Shown in pieces: positions 49,040 to 59,169 of a DNA stretch of 64,000 nt (its first letter is position 1; every line of letters starts with the position of its first letter). This stretch comes from Dehalococcoidia bacterium (GTDB taxonomy: Bacteria; Chloroflexota; Dehalococcoidia; Lucifugimonadales; UBA3495). The notes below the pieces were generated by a model. That model made no database searches, had not been told where the DNA came from, and worked only from the letters and a program-made list of their open reading frames with translations. The position numbers and the translations under genes are program-made. The stretch is from the NCBI GenBank assembly GCA_965220625.1, contig CBDCQN010000003.1, positions 1,402,764-1,466,763 of the forward strand, read 5' to 3'.

Positions 49040-50226
49040 TCGCCCTGCGCTTGATTCTGGGTGCGCACCGGCAGGCCGTAGATCTTGATGAAGCCCTCGG
49101 CGGCGGTGTGGTCGAACTGGTCCTGGCGGTCGTAGGTGGCCAGACCATGCTGGTAGAGGGCCCGAGGCGCCTGCCTGCCTACTACCGTGCAGGACCCTTT
49201 GTGCAACCGCACGCGGATGTCGCCCGTAACGAAGCGCTGCGTGCTCTGCACGTAGGCGTCGAGATCAGCGCGGTGGGCGGTATACCAGAGGCCGTTGTAA
49301 ATCACGTCCGAATATTCCTGCGCGATGCGGGCCTTGGTCCGGGCCTGCTCTTTGGAGAGAGTCATAGTCTCCAAGGCCTTGTGTGCCGCGTGGAGCACCA
49401 CCGCCGCCGGGCACTCGTATATCTCCCGGGACTTGATCCCCACCAGCCGGTTCTCCACGTGGTCTATGCGGCCCACGCCGTGGCCGCCGGCCAGAGCGTT
49501 CAGGTGGCGGATCAGGTCCACCCCTGACATCGACTCGCCATCGACGGCCGTGGGGACTCCCGACTCGAAATGCAGCTCAACGTAGGCCGGTTCGTCCGGC
49601 GCGCTGGACACCGGATTGGTCCACGCGTAAGCGTCTTCCGGGGGCTCGAGCCAAGGGTCTTCCAGCTCTCCGGCCTCGACGCTGCGGCCCCACAGGTTGT
49701 CGTCGGTGGAGAACCGGCTGTTGCGCACGCTGATGGGCAGGTTGCGGGCCTGGGCGTATTCGATCTCGTCTTCACGGCTCATGGCCCAGTCGCGGATGGG
49801 GGCAATCACCTGCAATTCCGGGGCCAGAGCCGCCACGCCTACTTCGAGACGGACTTGGTCGTTGCCCTTGCCGGTGCAACCGTGGGCCACGGCGTAGGCG
49901 TCGTATTGCCTCGCGACCTCCACCAGATATCGAGCAATGAGGGGCCGGCCCAAAGCGGTCGCCAGCGGGTACTGCTCCTCATAAACCGTCCCGGCCTGCA
50001 GGCTGGGGATGAGGAATTCATCGACCAGCGCCTCTTTGCCGTCGACGGCCACCGCGTCGGTCGCGCCGATGGAGAGGGCCCGCTGGCGGATGGATTCCAA
50101 GTCGACCATCCCCAGATCCGCAGTCAGCGTGATTATCGCAGCGCCATACTTTTCCTTGAGCCAAGGAACGGCCACTGTGGTGTCCAGACCCCCGCTATAA
50201 GCGAGGACGATTCTGTTCTGTGTCAT
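49036..50226 (-). CDS. argG: Argininosuccinate synthase
   Basis: LAYSGGLDT, AHGCTGKGNDQVR, ENRLVGIKSREIYE. Confidence 0.97.
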   Translation of the reverse strand: MTQNRIVLAYSGGLDTTVAVPWLKEKYGAAIITLTADLGMVDLESIRQRALSIGATDAVAVDGKEALVDEFLIPSLQAGTVYEEQYPLATALGRPLIARYLVEVARQYDAYAVAHGCTGKGNDQVRLEVGVAALAPELQVIAPIRDWAMSREDEIEYAQARNLPISVRNSRFSTDDNLWGRSVEAGELEDPWLEPPEDAYAWTNPVSSAPDEPAYVELHFESGVPTAVDGESMSGVDLIRHLNALAGGHGVGRIDHVENRLVGIKSREIYECPAAVVLHAAHKALETMTLSKEQARTKARIAQEYSDVIYNGLWYTAHRADLDAYVQSTQRFVTGDIRVRLHKGSCTVVGRQAPRALYQHGLATYDRQDQFDHTAAEGFIKIYGLPVRTQNQAQGE

Positions 50227-50363
50227 TGTGTTTGCGGACTCCGGCTAAGCGTCCATTAGGGCATCCATAAACTGCTGTCGAGCAAGCCGGGCGTCGCGGA
50301 TGATCGCCCGAACAATGCCTCGTCCCAAATCTCTCCCAGAGAGAGAGGGCCTCCTTTGGGCCC

Positions 50364-51554
50364 TTAAATCTTTGCCAGCGCGGTGCTCAGACGCTCCGCC
50401 GCCTCGTCGATTTCTTCCTTGGTGACCGTAAGCGGGGGCATGAACCGCACGGTGTGGGGCCGCGGGCCGTTGAGCAGGAGCCCGGCCTCGTTGGCGTTGG
50501 TCAGCACCAGCCCGGATATGTTGTCGTCGAAGTCCATAGCAGCCAGCAGCCCTTTGCCACGCACCTCGGAAACGAAAGAGAACCGGCCCTTGATGTCGTT
50601 GAGGGCCCCCAACAGGTGACCCTCCATCTCCTTGGCTCGGCCGGGGATGTCGTGTTCGATCAGGTACTGCGTACCGGCGAAAGCGGCGGCCGTGGTCAGC
50701 GCGTTGCCCCCGAAGGTGGAGCCGTGGTCCCCCGGCACCAACGCCTGGCAATGGGCCTTGGACAAGAACGCGCCGATGGGTACGCCATAGCCCAACCCCT
50801 TGGCCAGGGTCATAACGTCCGGTTCGACCCCGTACTCCTGGTATCCGAACAGGCTGCCCAACCGGCCCATGCCGGTCTGGACCTCGTCCAGGATGAGCAG
50901 GATTCCTTGGCTGTCGCACCACTGGCGAAGGCGTTGGAGGTAGTCGTCGTCGGGGATTATCACCCCGGCCTCGCCCTGCACCGGCTCGACCATCACTGCC
51001 GCCGTCCGGTCGGTGGTGGCGTTCATCACGGCTTCGACGTCGTTATAGTCAACGTGGACGAAGCCGGGAAGCAGGGGCGCGAAGTTCTCTTGGTAGTGGG
51101 GCTGCCCGGTGGCCGCCACCGTAGCCTGCGTCCGCCCGTGGAACGAGTTCAGGGCCGTTACGATCTCATAGGCCCCGTCGCGGTTCAGCTTGCCGTAGCG
51201 GCGGGCCAGTTTCATGGCGCCTTCTACGGCTTCGGCCCCGCTGTTGCCGAAGAACACCAGGTCAAGGCAGCTATTCTCTATCAGTGTTTCAGCCAAACGG
51301 AGTTGGGGGACGGTGTAAAACTGGTTGGACGTTTGGATCAGGGTCCCGGCCTGTTCGGTAATAGCCTGGGTGATCACCGGGTGGCTGTGGCCCAGTTGGT
51401 TTACCGCCCAGCCGGCGACAAAGTCGAGGTACTGCTTGCCGTCCGCGTCCCAGACCTCGGTGCCGTCGCCCCGGACGATGACCACGGGTTGGCGGCGTAC
51501 CGTCTGCGCGTAATACTTCTTCTCGACATCAATCCAGTCGCTGCTGTTACTCAT
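50364..51554 (-). CDS. argD: Acetylornithine aminotransferase
   Basis: NSGAEAVE, SFHGRT, EPVQGEAG, DEVQTG, LAKGLG, HGSTFGGN. Confidence 0.93.
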   Translation of the reverse strand: MSNSSDWIDVEKKYYAQTVRRQPVVIVRGDGTEVWDADGKQYLDFVAGWAVNQLGHSHPVITQAITEQAGTLIQTSNQFYTVPQLRLAETLIENSCLDLVFFGNSGAEAVEGAMKLARRYGKLNRDGAYEIVTALNSFHGRTQATVAATGQPHYQENFAPLLPGFVHVDYNDVEAVMNATTDRTAAVMVEPVQGEAGVIIPDDDYLQRLRQWCDSQGILLILDEVQTGMGRLGSLFGYQEYGVEPDVMTLAKGLGYGVPIGAFLSKAHCQALVPGDHGSTFGGNALTTAAAFAGTQYLIEHDIPGRAKEMEGHLLGALNDIKGRFSFVSEVRGKGLLAAMDFDDNISGLVLTNANEAGLLLNGPRPHTVRFMPPLTVTKEEIDEAAERLSTALAKI

Positions 51555-51703
51555 GGTGAGACTCCTTCCAAATCTTCAGGACGAATATTGGCGTAGACGG
51601 TTTAAAGCCCCCAACCGGAGCACTCCATAGATTAGCGCATCGGCCAAAGTATGACCAGTGGGGAGACGCCGGCCGGGGGTGCCGGGACGGTATGGCGGAG
51701 GGG

Positions 51704-52507
51704 CTAGCGGTCTTGGGGGCCGGCGCCCAGGTTGCCAACTATCGTCGTGCCGGTGGAGCGGCCTTGGATGCATTCGAGGAGGGAGCCGGGTTGGCGGCCG
51801 TCTATGATGTCGGCCACAGGTGACCGTTCCAAGGCCCGCAGGCAAGCCGAAAGCTTTGGTATCATCCCGCCTTGGATGACGCCCGATCCGAAGAGAATAT
51901 TGGCGCGGCGACGGTCCAGGCGAGAGATGACCCGGCCTCCCCCGTCCATGACCCCGGTGACGTCGGTCAGGAATATCAGCCGTTCTGCCGCCAAGGCCCG
52001 GGCCAACTCTCCGGCGACGGTGTCGCCGTTGATGTTCAGCGCACAGCCGGCGTTCTCCGACCCGTCCTCAAGGTGGCGGCCCAGCGGCGCGATCATGGGG
52101 ATGTAGCCGGCGTCCAAGAGAGTGCGAATGGGGCGGCAGTTCACCGAGGCGACCTCACCGACGAATCCCAACTGCGGATCGGCGATCTTGCATTCCAGCA
52201 TACAGCCATCGATGCCGCTGAGGCCGATGGCGCTGCCGCCAAGCTGCTGTATTTGGGAAACCAGCTCTTTGTTGATGAGTCCCGTCAAGACGGCGACGAC
52301 GATATCCAGGCTGGCTGAGTCGGTCACCCGAAGACCGCCGACGAACCGGGGCGGTATCCCATGGCGTTGCATCCATTGGGAAATCACGTTGCCGCCGCCG
52401 TGGACTACCACCACCTCCGCACCTTCCCGTTGCAGCGTTACCAGGTCTCTCAGACTGGTGTCGTGGCTTCCCAGGGTGCTGCCACCGATTTTCACTACGA
52501 TTGGCAT
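51704..52507 (-). CDS. argB: Acetylglutamate kinase
   Basis: VVKIGGS, VHGGG, NINGD, GGMIPK. Confidence 0.95.
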   Translation of the reverse strand: MPIVVKIGGSTLGSHDTSLRDLVTLQREGAEVVVVHGGGNVISQWMQRHGIPPRFVGGLRVTDSASLDIVVAVLTGLINKELVSQIQQLGGSAIGLSGIDGCMLECKIADPQLGFVGEVASVNCRPIRTLLDAGYIPMIAPLGRHLEDGSENAGCALNINGDTVAGELARALAAERLIFLTDVTGVMDGGGRVISRLDRRRANILFGSGVIQGGMIPKLSACLRALERSPVADIIDGRQPGSLLECIQGRSTGTTIVGNLGAGPQDR

Positions 52508-52512
52508 TTGAG

Positions 52513-52600
52513 TTAGTGGTCAGTAGTTAGTAGTTAGTGGGATTGCGAAACAGCGAGGCATCATTCGAATCGGCTATTCACTGGTCACTAGCCACTGGCC
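52513..52600. repeat. Inverted heptamer short-tandem-repeat element between argJ and argB
   Basis: AGTGGTC/AGTAGTT/AGTAGTT on the left and inverted CACTAGC/CACTGG units on the right. Confidence 0.5.
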
Positions 52601-52601
52601 A

Positions 52602-53822
52602 TCAGGTCGTGTAGGCGCTGTTGATGACCACGTATTCCTCGGTGAGGTCGCAACCCCAAGCGGTGGCCTGCGCCTCTCCAAGATTCAGGTCTATTCGGAA
52701 GGTCACTTCGTCGCCGCGCATCAGCGCGACCACGGCGTCGCGATGGAAGGGGACCGGCCGTCCCGCCTCCATGATACAAACGCCGTTGATGTAAAGGTCG
52801 ATCTTGCTTTCCACCGCTTGGGCCTGGCTGCGGCCCAATGCAGCCAGCAGACGACCCCAGTTGGGGTCGGCGCCGTAGACCGCCGACTTCACCAGCAACG
52901 AAGAACAGATGGTGCGGGCGGCCGTCCGGGCATCATCGGAGTTCGCGGCATTTACCACTTCCACAACAAGCAGGTGGGTGGCACCCTCGCCGTCTCGCGC
53001 CAAAAGGCGGGTCAATTGGACGCATACCTCCAGCAGACCTGCCTTGAAGGCCTCGGCCTCAGGCGTGCCGGCGGTTATCGGGGCGTTCCCGGCCGCTCCG
53101 TTAGCCAGCACCACCAGCGAATCGTTAGTGCTGCTGTCGCCGTCGACGGTGAGCATATTCAAGGAAAAATCGGCGACTTCCGGCAATACCGAACGCAGGA
53201 AATCTCGATCGACGGCAGCGTCGGTGGCCACGAACGACAGCATGGTGGCCATGTTGGGATGGATCATCCCGGAACCCTTGGCCACTCCGCCGATGCGTAC
53301 CTCCGTCCCCCCGATGTCCACGGTCACGCCGACTTCCTTGGGGTGAGTGTCGGTGGTCATCATCGCCCGGGCCAAGTCATTACCGCCCTGGCCGGACAAC
53401 GCGATTTGCTCCACTCCCTTCTTGATCAGCGTCATAGGCAGTTCCACGCCGATGATGCCGGTGCTGAACACCAGCATTTCTTCGGGCTTCACCCCTACCG
53501 CTTCAGCCCCCAAGGCCGCCATGCCCTTCGCGTCGATGTAACCCTGCTCGCCGACGCCGGCGTTGGCGATGCCGGAGTTGACGACCAGCCCGCGCAACAG
53601 GTGGCCGGCCGCCAGGGTTTCCCGGTTCGCTGTGACCGTGGGCGACACGATGCTGCTCTTGGTGAAGACACCGGCGGCGGTGCACGGCCGGTCCGAAACC
53701 AGCATACCTACATCCATTTTGTCTTCGGAGTAGGTCTTGATCCCGGCGTATGTGCCACCGGCGGTGAAGCCGTGGGCGATCGTGACTGTGCCTTCGTCAA
53801 CATGGTTTATGGACGCGGCCAT
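52602..53822 (-). CDS. argJ: Bifunctional ornithine acetyltransferase/N-acetylglutamate synthase
   Basis: STGIIG, MTTDT, KGSGMIHPNMATML, DSSTND, DPNWGR, WGCDLT. Confidence 0.96.
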   Translation of the reverse strand: MAASINHVDEGTVTIAHGFTAGGTYAGIKTYSEDKMDVGMLVSDRPCTAAGVFTKSSIVSPTVTANRETLAAGHLLRGLVVNSGIANAGVGEQGYIDAKGMAALGAEAVGVKPEEMLVFSTGIIGVELPMTLIKKGVEQIALSGQGGNDLARAMMTTDTHPKEVGVTVDIGGTEVRIGGVAKGSGMIHPNMATMLSFVATDAAVDRDFLRSVLPEVADFSLNMLTVDGDSSTNDSLVVLANGAAGNAPITAGTPEAEAFKAGLLEVCVQLTRLLARDGEGATHLLVVEVVNAANSDDARTAARTICSSLLVKSAVYGADPNWGRLLAALGRSQAQAVESKIDLYINGVCIMEAGRPVPFHRDAVVALMRGDEVTFRIDLNLGEAQATAWGCDLTEEYVVINSAYTT

Positions 53823-54003
53823 GAGCGATTTTCCCCTTCAAAAATTGGTCTGGTGCGGCTCGGCTGGGCAGGGTCGCAGTATACCATATGACAGCTATGG
53901 TCCTTGGCGCCGGCAGCCTACTTCTCCGACAGCATACCAAGCCGTATACTGGTTAGACAGGATCGGGCAGGGCGCCGATCGACTGACCGGAGGATTGGAA
54001 CCG

Positions 54004-54285
54004 ATGGTTGAGCAGAAGAGAGAAGTGAGGAAAATCCCGGTGCGAAAGGTCTCCTCCGAAGACCTGAGGGCGGAACTGGACGCCAAAATCCGCGAGTTTG
54101 AGCATCGCTACGAACGCCAATCTGAGCGGATGCTCCAGTTGCTCACCTGGGGCGAAGTAAAAGAAACGGCGGAGATTCTCGAGTGGATGCAGGCCTATCA
54201 CGTTCGTCGCTACCTCAAGGAGAAGGAGACCCTCACGACTGGAATTCCTACGACCACTATCGAACGATCCACGAAATCCGAATAG
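54004..54285 (+). CDS. Small hypothetical protein, putative antitoxin
   Basis: GGAG-like RBS; ELDAKIREFEHRYE..SE.M...AEILEW; overlaps the downstream gene. Confidence 0.6.
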   Translation: MVEQKREVRKIPVRKVSSEDLRAELDAKIREFEHRYERQSERMLQLLTWGEVKETAEILEWMQAYHVRRYLKEKETLTTGIPTTTIERSTKSE

Positions 54286-54671
54286 ACCAGCATCCTTTTG
54301 TTGACAATGAACGCCCTAACACCATCGTTTTTGATGACACCGAGGCCGATGACGTAATCACCCAACACGGCCGTGTGTATTGCCTACGTGGCGTCGTCCT
54401 GGAAATCGAGAAGAGATTGAGAATCAGTTACTTCGGAGGCCAGCGTAGGGTACGAGGGTTCTCGTACCGCTATGCGGCTTGGGTGCAGAATTTGGGGCCG
54501 GTGCTCAGGTATCACAACCTCCACGCTAACCAGGATGAATACCACCATCGTGTCTTGAACCCGCAGACAGGGGATGAGGTCTTCTACGAACGGTTGCAAC
54601 GGCATCAATTCCCCACCTTCAGCGAAGTACTGGATGAACTGGAATTGGTTACTCGCTCGTTGGACTCATAA
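54183..54671 (+). CDS. DUF6516/TumE-like putative toxin
   Basis: YRYAAW...VLRYHNLH...HHRV; start uncertain. Confidence 0.55.
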   Translation: MDAGLSRSSLPQGEGDPHDWNSYDHYRTIHEIRIDQHPFVDNERPNTIVFDDTEADDVITQHGRVYCLRGVVLEIEKRLRISYFGGQRRVRGFSYRYAAWVQNLGPVLRYHNLHANQDEYHHRVLNPQTGDEVFYERLQRHQFPTFSEVLDELELVTRSLDS

Positions 54672-54724
54672 CCTGACGCCTTCGTTCGGCCTCTGACTTG
54701 GCCCAGGAATAGGCAAGGTGAACC

Positions 54725-56017
54725 ATGGCAGCAGTTCGTCCGTTTAGGGGATGGCGCTACAACCCGGAGCTGGTGGGCGACATCGCTTCGGTATTGTGCC
54801 CCCCCTATGACTTGATCACCCCTGAAATACAGGAGTCCCTGAAGCGGCGGAACCCGTACAACGTCATCCATCTGGAGGCTGGCCAAGGGCTCGACTGGTC
54901 CGCGTTGGTGGAAGGCCAGTACGACGGCGCCGCAAGCCTTTTCGCCGCCTGGATGCGAGATGGGATCCTTCGCCAGGACCCTGAGCCCTGCTACTATCTC
55001 CTCCGCCATTCTTTCCCCATAGGGGGTGAGATGAGGACCCGTTTGGGGCTCGTCGCGTGCGTGGGTCTCGACGACCACCGGAACCTACAGGTGCTGCCGC
55101 ATGAATACACCGAGGCGCCCGCTATCCGTGACCGGGTCGCCCTGATGAAGTCGGTCAGCGCCAATATCAGCCCCATTATGTCCGTCTACCGGGACGCCGA
55201 AAGGGAGTTGGACGTTGTTTTCCAGGCAGTGATGGCCAGACCCCCGGACGTCGACGCCAGCGACGACTACGGCGGCGCAACAACCCTGTGGAGGATCGGC
55301 TCTCCCGGCGAACAAGAGGGCATCCAACGGTTCTTCCACAACCGGCCGGTGTATCTGGCCGACGGTCACCACCGCTACGAGGCGTCCCGCCAGTACCAAC
55401 TGGACCGGCAGGCCGAGGACCCGGCCGCCGACGCCAGTGAGCTGGCCTGCAACTACGCCCTAATGACTCTCATTTCCTTCGATGATCCGGGGCTGGTGGT
55501 GCTGCCATACCACAGAAACCTGCGAGGGCTGGCCGACGAGGCTCTTGCCAGAGTGGTCGCCCGGCTGAACGATGTTTTCCGGTCGGAACCGATGACAGTC
55601 ACGGCTCCCGGCACCATCGTGGCGGAGGTCGAACGGCTGGGCCGGGACCGGCAGGTCATGGCTACTATCGGGCCCGGCGGCACGGGAGCCAGGTTCTGGA
55701 CTCTGGAAAACTCGGCCGTGGGACCGGACTGGGGTCCTCTTTCCGTGTCGGAAGGCTGGGTGCTCGAAGAGAAAGTCCTGCGGCCCGAGCTGGGAGACGC
55801 CACCCTGGAGCACTTGGGGTTTCTTCACGACCACGATGAGGCTGCCGAAGGCGTAGCCAGCGGCGAACTCCAAATGGCCTTCCTGATGAAGCCGTTTCCC
55901 ATGGCCGCCTTCGAAGGCATCGTGGGCGGCGGCCAACGCCTGCCCCGAAAGTCCACCTTCTTCTACCCCAAGCTGCCTACCGGGCTGGTAATCAACCGTC
56001 TGGACGGGAAGCTGTAG
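54725..56017 (+). CDS. DUF1015 family protein
   Basis: VRPFRGWRY, CPPYDLI, PHEYT, ADGHHRYE, KSTFFYPKL. Confidence 0.93.
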   Translation: MAAVRPFRGWRYNPELVGDIASVLCPPYDLITPEIQESLKRRNPYNVIHLEAGQGLDWSALVEGQYDGAASLFAAWMRDGILRQDPEPCYYLLRHSFPIGGEMRTRLGLVACVGLDDHRNLQVLPHEYTEAPAIRDRVALMKSVSANISPIMSVYRDAERELDVVFQAVMARPPDVDASDDYGGATTLWRIGSPGEQEGIQRFFHNRPVYLADGHHRYEASRQYQLDRQAEDPAADASELACNYALMTLISFDDPGLVVLPYHRNLRGLADEALARVVARLNDVFRSEPMTVTAPGTIVAEVERLGRDRQVMATIGPGGTGARFWTLENSAVGPDWGPLSVSEGWVLEEKVLRPELGDATLEHLGFLHDHDEAAEGVASGELQMAFLMKPFPMAAFEGIVGGGQRLPRKSTFFYPKLPTGLVINRLDGKL

Positions 56018-56033
56018 CCCACGCCGGCGGGCT

Positions 56034-56492
56034 CTAGGGCCGGCCTGATTCCCGTTCGTCGTGGTAGCGCTCGGTTATCGATTGCTCGGCGCGTTTGCTG
56101 TTGACGGCGATGAATTCTTCCAGGCGCCGGATCTCCGCCGCGGTTTCTTGGCCTCCGTCCGCCAGGTGCCGCTTCAAATCGGACAGGGTGGTGCGGGCCT
56201 CGTCCACTTGCTTCAAGACGACCAGCGCCTCCAACTCCTGGGACGCGGTACTCTTGATCCGGATCAACCGCCCACGGACGGCTTCGGCGTCTGCCAGCCG
56301 CTCTTCGATCTCCCCCATGGCAGCCAAGGACGTCTCCAACCCGGCCTGACCGTAGACCGCTTGGCGGGGCACCCGCCGCAACTGCTGGCGAAACTGGCTG
56401 ACCTGGGCGTCCAATTGGCGTTCCCGGTCTTCGATCTCGGCCAGCCTGATACGGAGATTGGTCATAGCCAGGTCTAGCTGCGATACGGACAA
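56034..56492 (-). CDS. Coiled-coil hypothetical protein
   Basis: Heptad-rich 152-aa ORF directly downstream of the aminotransferase. Confidence 0.7.
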   Translation of the reverse strand: MSVSQLDLAMTNLRIRLAEIEDRERQLDAQVSQFRQQLRRVPRQAVYGQAGLETSLAAMGEIEERLADAEAVRGRLIRIKSTASQELEALVVLKQVDEARTTLSDLKRHLADGGQETAAEIRRLEEFIAVNSKRAEQSITERYHDERESGRP

Positions 56493-56513
56493 CTTATCAC
56501 CCCTGTCCGGCCG

Positions 56514-57623
56514 TTATCCGCTGAACCCCACCCGGGGAAGAAGCTCGGCCAAGGCCTCCATAACCTCCTCGATGTCCTCCTCGGACACATGCCCAAGGTG
56601 CCCTATACGGAAGATGCTGCCGCTCAATTTGCCTTGGCCGCCGGCCAACACCACGTTTTTCTCTGTCCTGAGCAGGCCCATCAACCTCTGCCCGTCCACC
56701 CCCTCCGGGACCTTTACGGCGGTGACGGTGTCGGAAGCGTAACGTTCATCATCGACCAGCAGTTCCAAGCCCAGCCGACGGACACCGTCCCTGGTGATAC
56801 GAGCGATGTTGGCGTGCCGGCCGAAGACGCCTTCCATGCCCTCCTCCAGCAGCTTGTCCAGCGCCAGGCTCAAGCCGTACATGGCGGCCACGTTGGGAGT
56901 GAAGGGGGTCTGTCCCCGTTCCAGCATCCGCCTTGCCGCTTCCAGGTCGAAATAGAACCGGGGCATTTTGGCAGTCTTCTGCTCCTCCCAGCCTCGTTCA
57001 CTGACGCTTATAAACGCGAGGCCGGGGGGGATCATGAAACCCTTCTGGGAGGCGGTGCCGACCAGGTCGCAGTCCCAGGCGTCTACCGGCAGGGGGATGC
57101 AGCCCAGACTGCTGACAGCGTCCACCAAGAACAGCTTGTCGAACTCCTGTTTGACCACCCGGGCGATCTCCTCCACCGGATGGGTAATCCCGGTGGACGT
57201 TTCGTTGTGGGTGACCATCACCGCCTTGATCTCGGGGTCCGCTTGCAGCGCCTCACGTATGGCGGCGGGTTGTACGGGCGCGCCCCATTCGAACTCCAGC
57301 CGCTGCACGTCCGCGCCGAAGGCGTCGGCCATGTCGGTGAACCGGTCGCCGAAAGAACCGGCGGTGGCGGAGAGTACGCGGTCGCCGGGGGAGAGGGTGT
57401 TCACGAGGGCCGCTTCCAACGCGCCGGTGCCCGACGCTGTCAGAATCAAAACGTCGTTGCTGGTCATGAAGACCTGTTGCAACTGCTCGGTTGTCTTGGT
57501 GATAAGTTCGTCGAACTCCGGCCCCCGGTGGTTGATCATCGGGTTGGTCATCGCGTCGACGATGTCGTCCGGGATGGGAGTCGGGCCGGGAGTCCTCAAG
57601 TTCTGGGGCGAGTTTCTCAGCAT
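56514..57623 (-). CDS. Class V PLP aminotransferase (alanine-glyoxylate/serine-pyruvate family)
   Basis: ATG 57623; TPGPTP, SGTGALE, HNETSTG, DAVSS, SQKGFMIPPGL, FRIGHLG. Confidence 0.93.
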   Translation of the reverse strand: MLRNSPQNLRTPGPTPIPDDIVDAMTNPMINHRGPEFDELITKTTEQLQQVFMTSNDVLILTASGTGALEAALVNTLSPGDRVLSATAGSFGDRFTDMADAFGADVQRLEFEWGAPVQPAAIREALQADPEIKAVMVTHNETSTGITHPVEEIARVVKQEFDKLFLVDAVSSLGCIPLPVDAWDCDLVGTASQKGFMIPPGLAFISVSERGWEEQKTAKMPRFYFDLEAARRMLERGQTPFTPNVAAMYGLSLALDKLLEEGMEGVFGRHANIARITRDGVRRLGLELLVDDERYASDTVTAVKVPEGVDGQRLMGLLRTEKNVVLAGGQGKLSGSIFRIGHLGHVSEEDIEEVMEALAELLPRVGFSG

Positions 57624-57924
57624 TCTTCGGTCCTTCTCGGTTGAGCGTGAACCCAGCACCGATGAAGCCCGCATCCTCTTGACTGACTTTGGCCGGACAC
57701 AAGGGTGTACAACGGCGCTGGAGGGAAACGCGATTATTTTAACATATGTCCCAACCGTGACGGGCATTCCCCAAAGCAATGAGGAACCCGGAGGGCGCAC
57801 CCTTGGCGGCTGCGATATACTACCCGCGGCCTGGCATACGAATGGGCCACGGGGACTGGCCGGAAGACAAATACCGCACTGAATCAAGGTTGGACTAAGG
57901 TTGGACTAGGGAAAGAGGCCTCAA

Positions 57925-58533
57925 ATGGCGCTTGAGTTAAACCCCCACCACACGGCCCTCTTGGCTATGGACTTCGAAAACGACATCGTCCACGAAGAAG
58001 GCGCCTTCAAGGACTTCGGTTTCGCCCGGATGGTCAAGGACAACGACGTCCTGGAGAAAACCGGAAGGTTATTGGCCGCCGCCCGGAACGCCGGCATGTT
58101 GACCATCCACGTCTCGGTCAAGTTCCGGCCCGGCTACCCGGAACGCCCGGCCAACGCCGGGTTGTGGCAGGGGCTCCACGCCGCCAATGCCCTCATCGAA
58201 GGCACTTGGGGCGCGTCGATTCACGACGCCGTGACTCCCATGGAAGGCGAGCCGGTGGTGACCAAGCGAGGCGTTTCGGCGTTCACCGCCTCGGACTTGG
58301 AGCCCATATTGAAGAACAAGCGCATCGGCACCGTGCTGCTGGCTGGAGTGGCCACCAACTTCGTGGTCGAAGGCACCGCCCGGGAGGCCTGCGACCGCGG
58401 TTACAACGTGGTGGTGGTAGGCGACTGTTGCGCCTCGGTGAACCAGGAGGCCCACGACGCGGCTCTCACCGTTGCCCTGCCCTTCCTCTCTACCATTTCC
58501 AACCTGGACGAGGTAGTGGCCGCCTTGGCTTGA
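57925..58533 (+). CDS. Isochorismatase/cysteine hydrolase family
   Basis: MDFEND, KRGVSAF, GVATNFVVEGTAR, GDCC. Confidence 0.9.
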   Translation: MALELNPHHTALLAMDFENDIVHEEGAFKDFGFARMVKDNDVLEKTGRLLAAARNAGMLTIHVSVKFRPGYPERPANAGLWQGLHAANALIEGTWGASIHDAVTPMEGEPVVTKRGVSAFTASDLEPILKNKRIGTVLLAGVATNFVVEGTAREACDRGYNVVVVGDCCASVNQEAHDAALTVALPFLSTISNLDEVVAALA

Positions 58534-58639
58534 TTTATTCACCTCGATATATTCAACAAATGGACCCGGAGAACTCCTGGATTTTTGCACTAACTAAAAA
58601 ACTCTGCGATCTCTGCGGTTAAAGAAGACGGAGGCGTTT

Positions 58640-59062
58640 ATGGCCCTTATTACTTACTTGAATTTTGGCGGCAATTGCCGGGAGGCGTTCGATTTTTACT
58701 GCTCCATTTTTGGAGGGGAGTACCTGGAGGCGCACACCTTCGGCGAAGGGCCACCGGACATGGGGGTCCCCGAATCGGAGCATAACAACCTCATGCACGC
58801 CGCCATCTCCGTCGGCGACGGCGTGATTATGGGGAGCGATATGCCGTCGAATTTCGGGCCTGCGCCCGTGGTCGGCAACAACTTTTCCATCAGCTACTCT
58901 CCCAAGAATCGGGAAGAAGCCGACGAACTGTTCGGCAAAATCTCTGAGGGCGGTTCCGTAACCATGCCTTTGGGCGACCAGTTCTGGGGCGCATACTTCG
59001 GCGCCTGCACCGACAAGTTTGGCATCAACTGGATGCTGAACGTCGAAACTTCCGGGGAGTAG
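58640..59062 (+). CDS. VOC/PhnB (YjdN-like) protein
   Basis: YLNFGGNCREA, MHAAI, GSD, FWGAYFG..TDKFGINWM. Confidence 0.92.
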   Translation: MALITYLNFGGNCREAFDFYCSIFGGEYLEAHTFGEGPPDMGVPESEHNNLMHAAISVGDGVIMGSDMPSNFGPAPVVGNNFSISYSPKNREEADELFGKISEGGSVTMPLGDQFWGAYFGACTDKFGINWMLNVETSGE

Positions 59063-59169
59063 TTTAAACGCCGCGCATTCAGAGACCGTCCGATTTTCAG
59101 ATTTCGGGAGCAACCCAAGAGTCTCTGGTTGCCCGGCCCTCTCGGCGTTTAATGAGATATAATTCCGAT

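Noticed and set aside
49036-53822. Missing argC/argF/argH as a novelty
   Set aside because: Split arg clusters are common; these genes may lie elsewhere in the genome.
57887-57910. AGGTTGGACTA direct repeat
   Set aside because: Two copies only; could be an operator, but there is no supporting evidence.
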